This document shows positions 1-13,275 of a stretch of 64,000 bases of DNA, one piece after another. The notes beneath the pieces were generated by a model. That model ran no database searches. It was not told the origin of the DNA and worked only from the letters and a program-made list of their open reading frames with translations. The number at the start of each line of letters is the position of its first letter. Positions within the stretch are counted from its first letter, which is position 1. The position numbers were made by a program, and so were the translations under genes. Source of the stretch: Phoronis australis (lineage: Eukaryota; Animalia; Phoronida); assembly GCA_002633005.1 (NCBI GenBank), contig NMRA01000171.1, positions 412,762 through 476,761 of the forward strand, read 5' to 3'.

Positions 1-8
1 TTGTTGTG

Positions 9-160
9 ACAGGCACAAAGTTCACAATACAGGCATACTCATCCAGTACACAAAGTTCACAATACAGGCATACTCATCCAGTACATAAAGTTCACAATAC
101 AGGCATACTCATCCAGTACACAAAGTTCACAATACAGGCAATACTCATCCAGTACATAAA
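9..160. repeat. 35-bp minisatellite, ~4 copies
   Basis: Unit CACAAAGTTCACAATACAGGCATACTCATCCAGTA. Confidence 0.9.
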
Positions 161-651
161 CTTTTTGAAGATTTTTGATGCCCCCATTTTTTAAACACCT
201 ACCTCCCAACTGCACTTCTAAGAATTCTAATGGTGCAGATCTCTGCTTTCTACTGTAAAGTCACATGTTTTCTAGTCCTGTGAGGACTTAAAGGTTGTTT
301 GCGTTCTGATGAGAACCCACCTGTCAAGCATTAACTTGAACACAAAATTACCTTTCAGTTGCTCTTTTCAATTATTCACTCAATATCTTCATGAAATGGT
401 CTTAGCAAACAAATACCTAAATAACTTTGACTGTAGTTAGCATTTTGCTTTTGGCTGATGGGCAAAAACAAAGAAAAATGATGAATGTCCTTATAGCTAA
501 GCCCAGCACAAATTGCAATGAATTCCATGTTGGCAAAGCAACACACAGATTAAAACAGAGGGCGCATCGAACACTCCAATAATGAGAACAGTCCACTGTG
601 TTAACTTTCCCTGCTTACTTGTCAAAATATTGATTGGCATGATGCCAGTGC

Positions 652-759
652 ACATATTCTTGGATGAGACATGAATAACAAAACACTATCCATACTTGAG
701 GACATATTCTTGGATCAGACATGAATAACAAAACACTATCCATACTTGAGGACATATTC
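652..759. repeat. 50-bp tandem duplication
   Basis: ACATATTCTTGGAT(G/C)AGACATGAATAACAAAACACTATCCATACTTGAGG twice. Confidence 0.9.
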
Positions 760-2229
760 ATCCAAAGTCTTGGTAGAAACTGTCAGCAGTAGACTGACAA
801 GCAGTTAGTTCTACATGTTTGCCAGCAGTGAGCAGTTGATTATAGACCCATGTGATGACAAGCTAGTGATTATGGTATTATTATTTATAGTATCATTTAC
901 AGAAAAGAGAACTCAAGTATACTAGTGAATGACATGGAATCATGGTATGGGACAGTGTTATGACGGGTCAGTCATGAGACAACACAAAAACACAAATTCT
1001 ATCACATTAGTACATCTGATTTTGTGACGAGTTTTGTTTTTGGCTTCACTATATATAGGTAGAACGAATGTCACCAGGAAATTACACTGCTCTAGATGTC
1101 ATTATATTTTGTTGCCTGTCTCAATGTTCTGTGCTGGAGTCTCGACATGTATTATCAAGTTGTTACCAATTTTGCTTGGGAAAGCTACAGGCGTAATTGA
1201 ACCTGATGCCATTTTGTACACAGCCCAAACATTCTACTGACATCCCACAGAGAGTCAGCGCAACACAAGCCACCGAGTGCTATCGCCGCTGACACTATTG
1301 TGTGACTTTTAGGCACTTTATCACCATTGCAACAGTTCGAGAGAATTACAGTTCAACTTCAACTTACAGACAAGTGTCATTTAACTTAAGAATTCAATTA
1401 CTGACAGAGCTAGTTAAGAAAATGGACTCATTGCGTCTGGGTTCAAATCTTGACGCTCTGTAAAGTGTGGCGCTCCACCAAGTTTGGTCATGATATCAGA
1501 ATTTCTCAGAATGTGCTTGAACTGGTGAAAAGCTTCAGAACATTGTAACAGGCTGTAAATAATGAGACACGACTGAGCGAGACTGAGTTAATGAGACACT
1601 GATCCATCAAAACAGAGTGTTTCCCAGAATTAACATGTGATCAGATGCTGCATTGGACTGTCTGTTTGAATGGACGTATGAACATTCGGCCGAGATTAAT
1701 TAAGTGACTTAATTGAACTGCCCTTAATCCATTATCACATCAAAAGCTATTAGTAATGGTCAGTGATGATCTACGTTCACTCATCCATGGGAGGGAATAG
1801 GACAGAAACATGGGGTGCACAGCATGACCTATGGGTGCGCTTTGTTCCTACATACTCGTGACTGACCGTGCGAATAAATACATAAAGCAACAGTTTCCCA
1901 ATTATGTCATAAATTTTGCGTGTGTCCGCTGCTAGTAAAAGCACTTGTGTTACATGCTTGTTACCTACTTTATATAATCAGATGGCTGGCAAATAACTAA
2001 GAATCGTAGAATTTTGATTTTTTTCTTAGGTTAAAAAATGGATAACTGGAAATGGAAATATTTCACCCAATAAGTTAAACAGAGAACATCTGTACATAAA
2101 GCAAATGATTTTAGCTCCAAACATCTCTCTCGCAGTCTCATAGGTTCCAAGGTTTCCATACAGTTACCAACAAGTGAGGGCCTTAATCATCACAGTCATC
2201 CCAAGGACCAGAGGCTGAGATCCACCTAC

Positions 2230-2418
2230 CTGATACTTGGTGTACATCACATTCTGCACATCGGTCACAGTCTTGTAAGTGCCCTTCAGGTCGTCACCAG
2301 GCTGTAGTCTCAGGTTCACCCCGGTCACCAGAGTCACTTCTAGCTTACTGATGGCTACCTTATCAGATGTGACATGGATCTCCCTGGATCCAGCTATCTC
2401 ACCATTGGGAAGACGGAC
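2230..2418 (-). CDS. TMEM132: TMEM132-family gene, coding exon 8 (gene continues beyond the left edge)
   Basis: Acceptor TTTTATACAG and donor CAG|GTAGGT; 189 nt, phase 0-0; DKVAISKLEVTLVTGVNLRLQ matches the family DKV.I..L.V.LVTGL.L.LQ. No final TM exon was found in 1-2229. Confidence 0.92.
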
Positions 2419-5400
2419 CTGTATAAAATAAAAAAGGATACTTAGATGTGAACCAGTTCTGAGAATTACATTGATGAAGATAAAAGACCCATTTTGTTTA
2501 CACATTGACATTCAACATGCTCTTATGACCCCAAGAGACCAACCACAGAATCAATGTCCATAGTGAGGTAGTTAGAGTCTATCGATGCCAGAACATCCAT
2601 GTGTTAATTTTGCGAGGTGTGAATCGTAAGCTATCATTCCAACCACATCTACAATTTTCAAATGTCGTATTCCTGTGCCTTTTAGCTGGTCATGTGACGA
2701 TGTATGAAAGAATAACTGGTATCAGACAACCAGAAACATGAACGACCCATGTCTATGTGTGTCGGTCTGAACAAAAAGATATACCAACAATTAAATATTT
2801 TCGTTTAGTAATACACAGAATTATTGGTACCTATAAATTCCTTGATTGATGTTTAAGACTGTCAACTGCCATATTCAATTCTCTTAAGTAATGATACAAT
2901 AACACATTAAATGACCCAGTTTTAGAAAGATAGGGTTGCAAACAAACATCTCGTGCGACTTACTCAGCTTTTTTAATTTTTCGATGTCTACATTATGGAA
3001 AAGTAAAAGAATGACATATGACAAACTAATCTTAATATAGTGTGCAACTGCGAGGCAGCTGCTGCCACGCCATACACGTGAGCAAGGCAGTTTTTACACG
3101 TTTGCCACACTTGCGCGTCACATTTTGACATGCTTTGTACACGGTTTAATATTTTAGAAGCTAGTGTGTCAGTTTTTCTACACAGATGGTGGGGAAGTGA
3201 CTGTTATGTTCCTACTGTGAAGCAGAGTCCAAGTTTGTCAGTATAGGCATATTCTTCTTTTTATACCATACAACCCTGCAATTGAGCACATGCACCTAAT
3301 TGTGGAGCTGTGCCTAATTGCAGAACCTAGGTGCACAACCATTACTCTAACCTTTTTATTTCCACGTTGGGCTTGGAGTGGGTAACTAGTCTACATTGTG
3401 GCTTAGAATTTAGCTGATGGTTGGAAATCATGGGTCATTCACACACAATAGGCATTTTGAAATTAACAAGCAAGGTCAGTGAAATCAGCTTTTTGTGAAC
3501 CCTGTTAAAAGTCATACAAATAAACACAGCTTAAAAAATTAGGTTTATAGTCCTGGCTGAGAAGATAATTGTTTCATTACCCTCTATGGATTAGCGGATA
3601 GCCAAGCCTGAAAAGTCACTCAGATTGTCACACGCTGCATGAAATAAAAAATTTAATAATGTATGTTCTTAAAAACTCAAGGTGTGCCAATAATCGGGAG
3701 CACTGTATGCGCCTAACTGCGGCACTCAAGTGCATGAGTCTGTACGCAAAACACCTGTGTGGTAAACCATGCGTAAAAACGCATTGTTCCGCATAGGCGC
3801 ACGCGTTTATTTGTGGAGTAGTATACGGTACACACATTTCAATTCAGTCATAATAAGACACATTGCATACTGGTGTTTTCATTCGCAGGTCACATTCATA
3901 CATGGGAAGCAACGGGAACAATGTTTGATGTTAAACTAACAGACTGGGCGAAGGAATTTATATGTTAACAAAACTTGCCAACATGAGTTTCTCAATAATT
4001 AACGAAGTAAGAATTCCCTTGTGATTAATTCCAAGCATGACTGCATGTGTTTAAGCCTTCAGCGGTAATCAAGTGGTATTTAGCTATAGATAATTCTTTT
4101 TGCATCATGTTTACCATATAATACATAAATTTAGTGAGTTTGGTCAAATTGTCTAAAAGTTCTAGGCTACTATTGAAGGGCAGATCCAACATCAAGTCAC
4201 CGTTACTCTAAATTTGAACATCATCCATGAATTATTTGACAACATGAAGAGAGAACAGTGACTCCTATACTACATATGGCTGAAAAAAACCTTGTTGTAC
4301 TGCTGAAGGATCAAGCATTATATACAGCCAGGTTTAGAACAACATTCTTCAACTACTTTCATATTGAAAAATGCAGGTTCTAATTTTCAGTGTTGATACA
4401 TGATATTCTTCTGTGGCCACAAGAAATGTTAATTGTCTTGCTCATGAAAGTGAAAAAAATGAACTAGGATGAGAAGACAGTCTTGGTCACTTATGGGTAC
4501 AATCAGTTGTTTAATTGACATGGCGACTTTTAAATATCAGCTTTTAAAGATCAAATGCCGTATTTTGTTTGTGGTGTGTTTATGAAGAAGGTTACTCTCA
4601 AGCATTGTCTCACGTTGTGCTGTCCCATTACAAGTTACTCTGGCACAAGTTATTCCCCAAAAAAGAGTTGTTGCTAGGTCGCCTTATCAAGGTAGGTAAT
4701 CTGTTCTAGGGTAAATTGCCCAAAAGCAAGTTGTAATGAAGATGCTAATCTGCAGACAAGGTGGAAGTAAGTAATTATCAGGTGTGCCCTTGCTCAGTTA
4801 CATGAATACCAGTCTTAAAACCAACGTGCATGATACTTGCCAAGTTGCTGAAGGGCATGTTTGGGTAACTCATACTGTGGACATGACTATACACTAATGA
4901 TGAATTTCAGACCAAGATTCAGCACCTCATTATCCATAGTTCAACACATGTTCAACATCAGAAAGCCATCAACTATGGTGAGTCTGTGCTCTGCTTATCT
5001 GCACAAAGTAATTGGTTTCTTGAGAGGGGATGAATATATCAAAGAGATTAATACCCAGGTTAGCCATAGTTATAGTTCACTAGACTAACTCAATTACAAG
5101 GTGTGTTAAGTATGTGCATATTGCCTTTGTTTGGCAATCTTGACCTTTCTCTTCCACTTCTTTTCAGGAAATAAAAATGTTTTGAATTTTGTTGACCAGG
5201 CTTGGTAGTATTGCCTTAATGTGTAACCAAAACTATAGTTGAATCGGGCATATCTGCCAGAGTGCATGGATTAATGTTGTGATCAAAGGAACAACTAGAA
5301 AAGAGAGTCTCTCATGGGAATCTTGAGTTATGTATATGCAGATGTTGTTTTTGGCTTGATAAATCCCTTGAATTCTGATTTCGTCTAAGTTGTCAGTATC

Positions 5401-5648
5401 TGACCATGCAGCACACGACAAGCAGCTCTCAATCACCGGATTCAAAGTACAGATGAACATTATGTGCCCATCCTAACAATGCCTGGACAAAGTGAAGAGG
5501 ACGGATCTGAAAAGCTAATTTATGATCCTCTTGTCATCTCCCACACGTCCGGTTACAGCCATCGCTGTTAGACCTATCACAAAACATTTGTGAACTAAGT
5601 ATCACCGTGACCAAATGATTATAATCTGTTGCCATTTCAATTTTTGTT

Positions 5649-7146
5649 ACAAGAGCAACGCAGAGCGTTGAAATGCGCCCACAATTGCACCGCATACGGT
5701 ATCCTTCTAGGGTTGTTTATTGGTACCATAAAGTGGCCAGTAGAGGGCATATATGTAGTATGTTGTACTTTGCAAAATGGAAAGGCATCGTCATTGTCTC
5801 CTCAATAGGCTAGGGGCAAAATGTGAGTGATCTTCATAATACAAGCACATCCTATACATCAGTTGCTTAAAGCACCACAGAAACATAGAATTAAAAACAA
5901 ATTTACCAACATACGAGATTAGCACAGCATTAGAATGCCAGAAACAAATTTCTACTTGGAACTTTTCCTTCATAGTCACGAAGTAACACAAAGTATACAC
6001 CTGAAGACCTATGAAAATACAGAGGTCAATGTAAAATACTAAAATTGCCACTAGAGGCATACCGGTAGTCAGAATCATCCTAAAGTCGTCATCGTCCGTT
6101 GTCAACATCACATAAATACACTTGCTAAATTTAGTAAAGATCCTGCAAACGGTTTGGGAGATACAGCCATGGGCGCAAAAAAAAACCGCCACTAGGAGGC
6201 GCCACAGTAATCAAAGTCATGGGAAATTCAGCGTCAACCGTCCTCTTCATAGTAAGAACATACATGCCAATTTTCACAATCATACTTAGAGCGGTTTGGT
6301 TGATAGAGGGGTGGACGCCAAAAAACAGACTCAAAAACAGTAAAAATGGCCACTGGGTGTCGCAAACTAGGTCGAATCCATCCGAAAACGGGAGGATAGC
6401 GTCATCGCACTAATAGGTGCCTACATACCAAATTTCATGAAAATCCGTTAAGGACTTTTGAAGATACAAAGGTAAACGTAAAAAAATAAAATTGCCACTA
6501 GGGGGCACACTGGTAGGCGGATCCGTCCAAAAGTCGTCATCGTCTGTTGTTAACATCATATAAATACACTTATTAAATTTCGTAAAGATCCTGCGAACGG
6601 TTTAGGAGATACAGCCATAGGCGCAAAAAAAAAAAAAAACTGACACTAGGAAGCGCCACAGTAGTCGAAATCGTCGGAAAATCATCGTCAACCGTCCTCT
6701 ACATAGTAAGCATATACATGCCAATTTTCACAATCATCCTTTGAGCGGTTTGGTTGATAGAGGGGTGGACGCACAAAAACAGACTCGAAAACACTAAAAA
6801 TGGCCACTAGGTGGCGCAAACTATGTCAAATCCATCTGAAAACGGCAGGATAGCGTCATCTCACTAATAGGTGCCTACATACCAAATTTCATGAAAATCC
6901 GTTCAGGACTTTTGAAGATACAAAGGTAAGCGTAAAAAATTAAAATTGCCACTAGGGGGCACAGCGGTAGTCGGATCCGTCCGAAAGTTCGCACATGCTG
7001 TCCCATTCATGAATGGAACATATGTGCCAAATTTCATGAATGTATGTCAAAGGGTTTTGGAGATAAAGCAGCGGACGCCGGACGCCGCCCGGACGGACGG
7101 AGATAACGGCATAATGCGTCCACATATAAATGTGGGCGCATAAAAA
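5649..7146 (+). mobile_element. Non-autonomous Helentron-like (HINE/DINE-1-type) element with internal tandem array
   Basis: Starts ACAAGAG plus small hairpin CAACG..CGTTG; subterminal ATGCGCCCACA (5673) is inverted to TGTGGGCGCAT (7131); internal ~150-bp units form ~455-bp higher-order repeats (6040-7060); GGAC-type microsatellite at 7071-7100; terminal hairpin ATGCGTCCACAT-ATAA-ATGTGGGCGCAT followed by an A-tract. Confidence 0.75.
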
Positions 7147-7184
7147 TGCACACGAGTATCGAAAAGCCACATCACTCTCAGTAC

Positions 7185-7461
7185 CTGTATTTCTGTGTGC
7201 CCGGCCATAGTCCCTTGTATAACATTCCTTCTCAATGAAGCCACGCCCCCATCAGTCAGTCTCAGCCGACTAACCACCACGTCTGTAATATCCACATAAG
7301 CCTTAGGATTGACCACAAACTTCCTCACTGGTGTATTGGTGTAAAATCGAGCGTACACTTTGACCTCTGTCTGCTGATAGCGAGGCTGACACATCGTCCG
7401 TGCAGTACTCTGAAGTAGGCTGGGGTAAGTGAGCAGGCCAAAGTCAGCACCTCGCTTCCGT
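7185..7461 (-). CDS. TMEM132: TMEM132-family gene, coding exon 7
   Basis: Acceptor CTTCTCTAG and donor CAG|GTAC; 277 nt, phase 2-0; CQPRYQQTEVKVYARF...VDITDVV...GHTEIQ matches C...YQ...V.V...F and G.T..Q. Confidence 0.92.
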
Positions 7462-10400
7462 CTAGAGAAGATGGATAACAATCACGACTGAACAACAGGT
7501 GTCACTACCATCAGCATCATAAAAGAGGAACCCAACCGTTTTTGATGTTACAATTACATGAACACAGACTGTGCAGCTATTTGGTTTGCGCAATAGAAGT
7601 GAATATAGAACAAGGCCTATTCTGGGGGCCGTTTATCCAGGGAACGATATTTAACACGGAAATGCATCATTCTAAGATAACCAGGGATCTGTATTTCTGC
7701 GACAAGTAACATCGAAAACAGTTAACTTTGCCTTTAAGGATTAGTGTTCATTGTAATTGCATTAAAATACAGCTAGTTTCTTGTTATATATTGAATTCTG
7801 ACCCAGTAGACAGCTGTTGAGATGAAGGACAGCTGAAAATGAAAATGTATAAAAAATAACAAAAAAATCCGATTTAAGGATTCTCCTTGTTGATGTGACA
7901 GTGCCATTCAAGCATATTCTAACATAAAGCAGGTTGGGTAGTTAGCACGTGGACAACATGAAGAAGCCGATTCAACTTATTGAACTAAACTGATGTTCAG
8001 TGTTTGAAAATGGCAGGATTACGTTGATTATCAGAACAGTGGAACAACTACTCATTAGTTTATACTTTGCCACTGATTACAATGAAACAGACTCATCCTT
8101 TAAAGGCCAACAGTACAGTGATAACAAACACCGTTTACTTAATGATGTTAATGTTGTTTACATTACTTCAAGATGATGACAGATGACTATTACAAGAAGC
8201 CATTCACCAAAATCAATGCTGTTTGACTATAATACAGGCAAGTCTCATTAATCAAAAACCCATTACCAACTTGGCTAATAACCAAAGTAAAGAAACAGAC
8301 AGAGGAAAAAGATAACTATCGGTATGTGATCTTTTGCCTGGCAGCTATTTTCAGAGCACAGAATTAGATGATTACAACCAATCAGCCAACAAAGAATGGG
8401 AACATAAACAAAGCAAAACACAATGATCAAGACAGAAAACATGTGCAGGGGCAGAAATTGAGAATATTGAATGAGCTGAGTTAGGGCAAAAACTTGAGAC
8501 ACTTCAAATTAGATTTGTAACAAAATACCAGGGAAACAGTTTTGTTAGTGGGACAATTTATAATGGTTTGCAGCACAGAACCCTCCTTTTGTCTATTTTT
8601 CACCTAATTACGACTTACAACTATGGAGACTCCGAATTATGTTATGATTTTTTAGGAGAAAGAGAGACTCTTCTCTCAACCAAAAACTGTGAAAGCATCA
8701 GATTTCCTTTCAAGCTACAATGGTTGAAATAGAACAATTTTTCCACATACATTACATTACATTTTAGTTAAGGTAAAATTTGAAAAGGTTTCTATGATTT
8801 AGAAACACTATTTAATACTGAATGGTAAAGTTTTGGATAAACCACATTGCAGGTGACCTTGGGGCAGAAAGTTGATGTCATTGATCTACCGCTTTGCCCA
8901 TCGTCTTCACATGGCAGACATTGCTGCACCAGGCTTGGATAAAAGCAGAAGTCAACTCACCCAACAAGTAGAAACGTGCAATTTTACAATAAAATGACAG
9001 AGAAGCAAACGTTTGATTTATTACAACAGTCTACTTCGGTACTGTTGAGAATGCATCACAACATTTTGACAAGGCTCTGGAATATACCATACTTGTCCAG
9101 TTAACTACCCAGGGCAGCGATGGGAGCTTAAAATTTTTTTAAAATTGAGAAGTCGAGGGTGGATCGGACAAATGAGAGCTTACATGTGCAAAAATTGAGT
9201 AAAAGTTTGGCAGAGTACATACAATAAATAGTTAAGCCAGGGTAACAGAGTAAGTTCTGCTGAAATTGACTGATCTTCACTCAAAGGTACATAAGTGAGT
9301 TGCTTGCTTTTTGAAGTTGGAATTCTGATGAAACAAGAATTCGTAAAGGGACGAGGACCTTTTAAGTAGTCTTGGTTGTATAATTTTTGGGGGTAGGCAG
9401 TTACAAGCTGAGCATCAACTTTAACCAACACGACTACGCCAACTACATCCTACATTTTATATTGATTTACAACATTTACGCTTTACAAAATGAAAATTCT
9501 AAACATAGAAAACATAAGATTCAAGCTAAAAAATATATACATTTGAAAATTCACTACTTACATTGAAAATAAAAATAGTTAGTACATCTTACATAGGGAA
9601 CATAACCCAGACAATTGCCTGGTATCAGGGCTGCTCAGTGCCACAACACATAGCATTGTAAGAAGGGTGAAAAAGAAAACAAACTGATTCCAATGAAAGA
9701 CTAACAAAGCAGCTGATGATGCCTTTGCCACTTACCCGTGCTTAGTGAGATGAAGTCTAAAGAAATGGGAATCAAGTCAATTAAAAAGACTAGAATGAAA
9801 CTGCAGAGGAATGGGACAAACAAATTCACGTATGAAAGAATGTCATTACAGTTCCAAATGCACTGTGCCATAAATGTCAAGGTTTCACATTCTTCAGGCA
9901 ACAACAAAAGCGTAGAGCAAATTTTTTTAATTATTTCCAGCACATTGTTATGGGTAGTCCATGACTGGCCTGCAAACTCAGATATAATGCTCTGCCATTT
10001 CTAATTTTGCATTAATTTTATTGTTCAATGATTGTTTTGTTTCATACAATAAACATTACCTCGTTAAAGAACTGTTTGCAAATGCCATCACAACAAATAC
10101 TACAGCAATAATATTCCTTGGAAGGTTTAGTTGGAGCTATAGAGATTTCAAACATATCTCTTTATAAGGATTTCAAAGCCAATGCAAACATGAATCAAAG
10201 GTTTTGTACTGCAAAAATACCACCCCATATACCACATTTTGATTAGAAAATGCACCATTCTCAACATTTTCAGTGTAGAACAGCTTTTTCTCCAATATAC
10301 TTGGTCTGGAAATCCTATCATCCCATTGGCCCTTGCCAATGCCGTGCCTTCCGATAAAGATTTTCGCCCAAATAATTACTCTGTTTAGCACAACAGCTAG

Positions 10401-12391
10401 TATTAATAGGACCTCTTAGCCAAAATTGGGCTCCAACTGTATGAAAAGAGAAGCACAGTGCATCTGTACTCTGGTTGACTTCAGATCATGCATGCAATTA
10501 AAGGCACTTTCCATGCAATATGGGTTTCAACTCAGTCCAGTTACACTAAGATAAGCACACCAGGACATAACAAAGAACACACAATTTTTTTGTCACTTTC
10601 TCAAGCAAAGTTTGTGTAATTCTACACTTTTTTCACACAAAACATATATTAGTAATTATATAATCATTTTCTTCCAAAAACCGCGGCATGAAATAAATAC
10701 ACTAAACATCCATACCTCACAACTGTGCCTAATTTAATGCTTACGGATTACAGTTGATGGTCGGACTCAGGGTGGCTGACTCGAGTCAAAGTGACAAAAT
10801 CGTTATGATTTAAAATATGTTGTCACCAAACTAGCCTGTTGTGGTAAGCCGTTTACCGATTTTAAGTCAACGGAACTCTGCGTAAGCGGAGACGAACCTC
10901 AACTTCAACAGTCCAGCTGTCTAACAAGAGTTTTCGACCTAGCATTAGAGATCATAACCACTTAACTGAGCCAGTTAAGTTCCTTTCTCTACCCAGTCTA
11001 ATGAGCGGATTTTAATTTAATACAGCAATAATGCACTTCTCAATACTTGCAACTAACATCTCCCAATTTTTCAATGGCTCAATGAAATAGTATTTGAAAA
11101 ACACTTTCAGAATTAAATTTATTTCACCAGAAACCAAAAAATTTTGTTTGAGCTGATATTTATGTCTGCGCATAACATGAAGCATTTGCTATCACCCCTC
11201 ATGTTACCATTGCTCAAAGCTACCGACGTTATGGCACAGCCAGTTGCTAGCACTAGGGGAATGGTGCTACTGCTTTCTGATTGGGGATTTTTTTCCAATG
11301 GAGGGTAAACACGCTTAAAATTCTAAGATTCTAATTCATCATTTTGCATAATTCCTAATTTATTAGCATAAAGTATAATCCTAATCTACAGTCATAGTTT
11401 ACTGACATAAATAAAGAGTGAATGTTACAGCGGCCGTAGAACTCTTCCAGAGTTCACATTACCTATAAAACAATTTCTCCCTGGTTTTGATAATTACGCT
11501 CATTATTTACAAATGTAAAAAGTGTAAAAGAATCTTTACCCCAAAAATTTACAAGAGTAATTTATGAGTGACACTTCCCCCAAAGAGCCAACAATACACG
11601 AGGCTAGCTAATACCTGGCAAAGATGAATTGTCCTTTCATGGCAAAGATCCTTTCATCACGTTATTACATGATAAAGACAGCTACAACAAAATTACCCTG
11701 GTGTTTTGTAGTCACATGACAAAAAAAACTGCAATTAAATTTGTTGATTAGTTTGAAACACTACTGTTTTTACTATATCTTTAAGAGTTTTTCTGTCACC
11801 GGTGATTGAGAGTGTGAGTGACGACTGCATGTGGTTGTTCAAACTGTCAGGCCCCCTCAACTATGTGAAAAGGGGAAGTGCTTCCACAGGGACCAGCTCC
11901 ACCTTGTGGTATGAAGGGTTACTCTTTCTTGCCCACTATCAGTGTCGTTTTTGTCACTTTGCTTCACATGATACGCAAATTGTTAGATTTATGATCGCCA
12001 GAAACATTAACACCAAGTCACATCTCTGGAATTTCAGAAATGGGCAAGAATTTAGTGTGTGAAATGAGGTTAGTGTGCGAAATAAGTGGGGATTTACTGT
12101 AATTAAGATTGTGGAATACACTGCCGCACAAGATTTACTTAACTTGAAGTGAAACCAAATCACCACGAAAACTTGCCCACTCCCACCACTCAGAATGGTT
12201 ATTGTCATCAAAGTACATTGACTCAACTGAAATGGCTGCCAGAAAACAAGTCTCTGTATCTAAAAACTATAAAAAATCCTTTCATTTTTTTGAAATAGAC
12301 TAATTTGGGCTATTACAACTTTAGCTGAGAATCAGTACAGAGCTTAACATATAGAAACACAGCTTCACATAGAAAATACAACTAGCCCCAC

Positions 12392-12594
12392 CTGGAGTGG
12401 ACTGCCTGGACCTTCCATCCTTTGATGACGCTCAGTTTGGTATCATCCACGTGAACATAAAGAGGAGTCTCAGGTACCCAGACCTTAAGGAACACGTGGC
12501 GCGTATGTAGCCCATACTTGATGATAATAGAAGTGTTGTCACTGCTGCGTGTGGTGCTACTGTCCAGATAGAAGTTGTTACAAGGAGGTGTCAC
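12392..12594 (-). CDS. TMEM132: TMEM132-family gene, coding exon 6
   Basis: 203 nt, phase 0-2; VTPPCNNFYLD...VWVPETPL...DDTKLSVIKGWKV matches the hallmark VW.P..PL...DT.L..IKGW.V motif. Confidence 0.93.
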
Positions 12595-13131
12595 CTGCAA
12601 GAGTCAATTAACAAGGTCATACCTGATGACCACCAGACATGCCACCATTGCTGTGTATAGTGCTTTTATCCAGGTAAATGTGTTACAAAGTATATTATGT
12701 GCTAATGCAAAATATCATTTAAGGAAGATTAATTAATATGTTTTGTAACAGAATTGTGTGAATTTGTTTATGTAACTGACTTAGCTGCATGAAAACCTTA
12801 CACACTTTCACATGTAAAATTTTGCACAGTCGTTTTCAGTAACACAAAAGATTATAAACACTTCAAATACAGAGAATTTTGCTCATTCACATCATCATGT
12901 GCTTTTTTATCATTGATACGACTTCACAACTGGTTTAGGTAATAACCACACACCAAAGAATTTTCACCATTGGATAATGCCAAAACCGTCATAACATCAG
13001 ACATGCTGTCACTGTCATGACACCCGAGTGCAAGCGAGAATTGCATGGTTAGAGTATCTGGATGACATGCCACTGCCATTCATATTCAGGAAATGGAATC
13101 CATTTCTGACATGGGATGTATTGTATCTCAC

Positions 13132-13275
13132 CTTGAGGACCTTCATATCCATAGAGTAACACAGGACCTTAGAGGTAATGTCCATTATCCGTCCAGCCTC
13201 ACTCACACCGTACACGTGAAGAGGATAGATGTCCATCTGGCCAGACAACATGGCAGTATTCATTAGCTCCACCTC
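13132..13275 (-). CDS. TMEM132: TMEM132-family gene, coding exon 5
   Basis: 144 nt, phase 0-0, AG/GT bounded; EVELMNTAMLSG...CYSMDMKVLK matches the TMEM132 signature E.LNTA.LTG...C.S.D..V.K. Confidence 0.92.
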
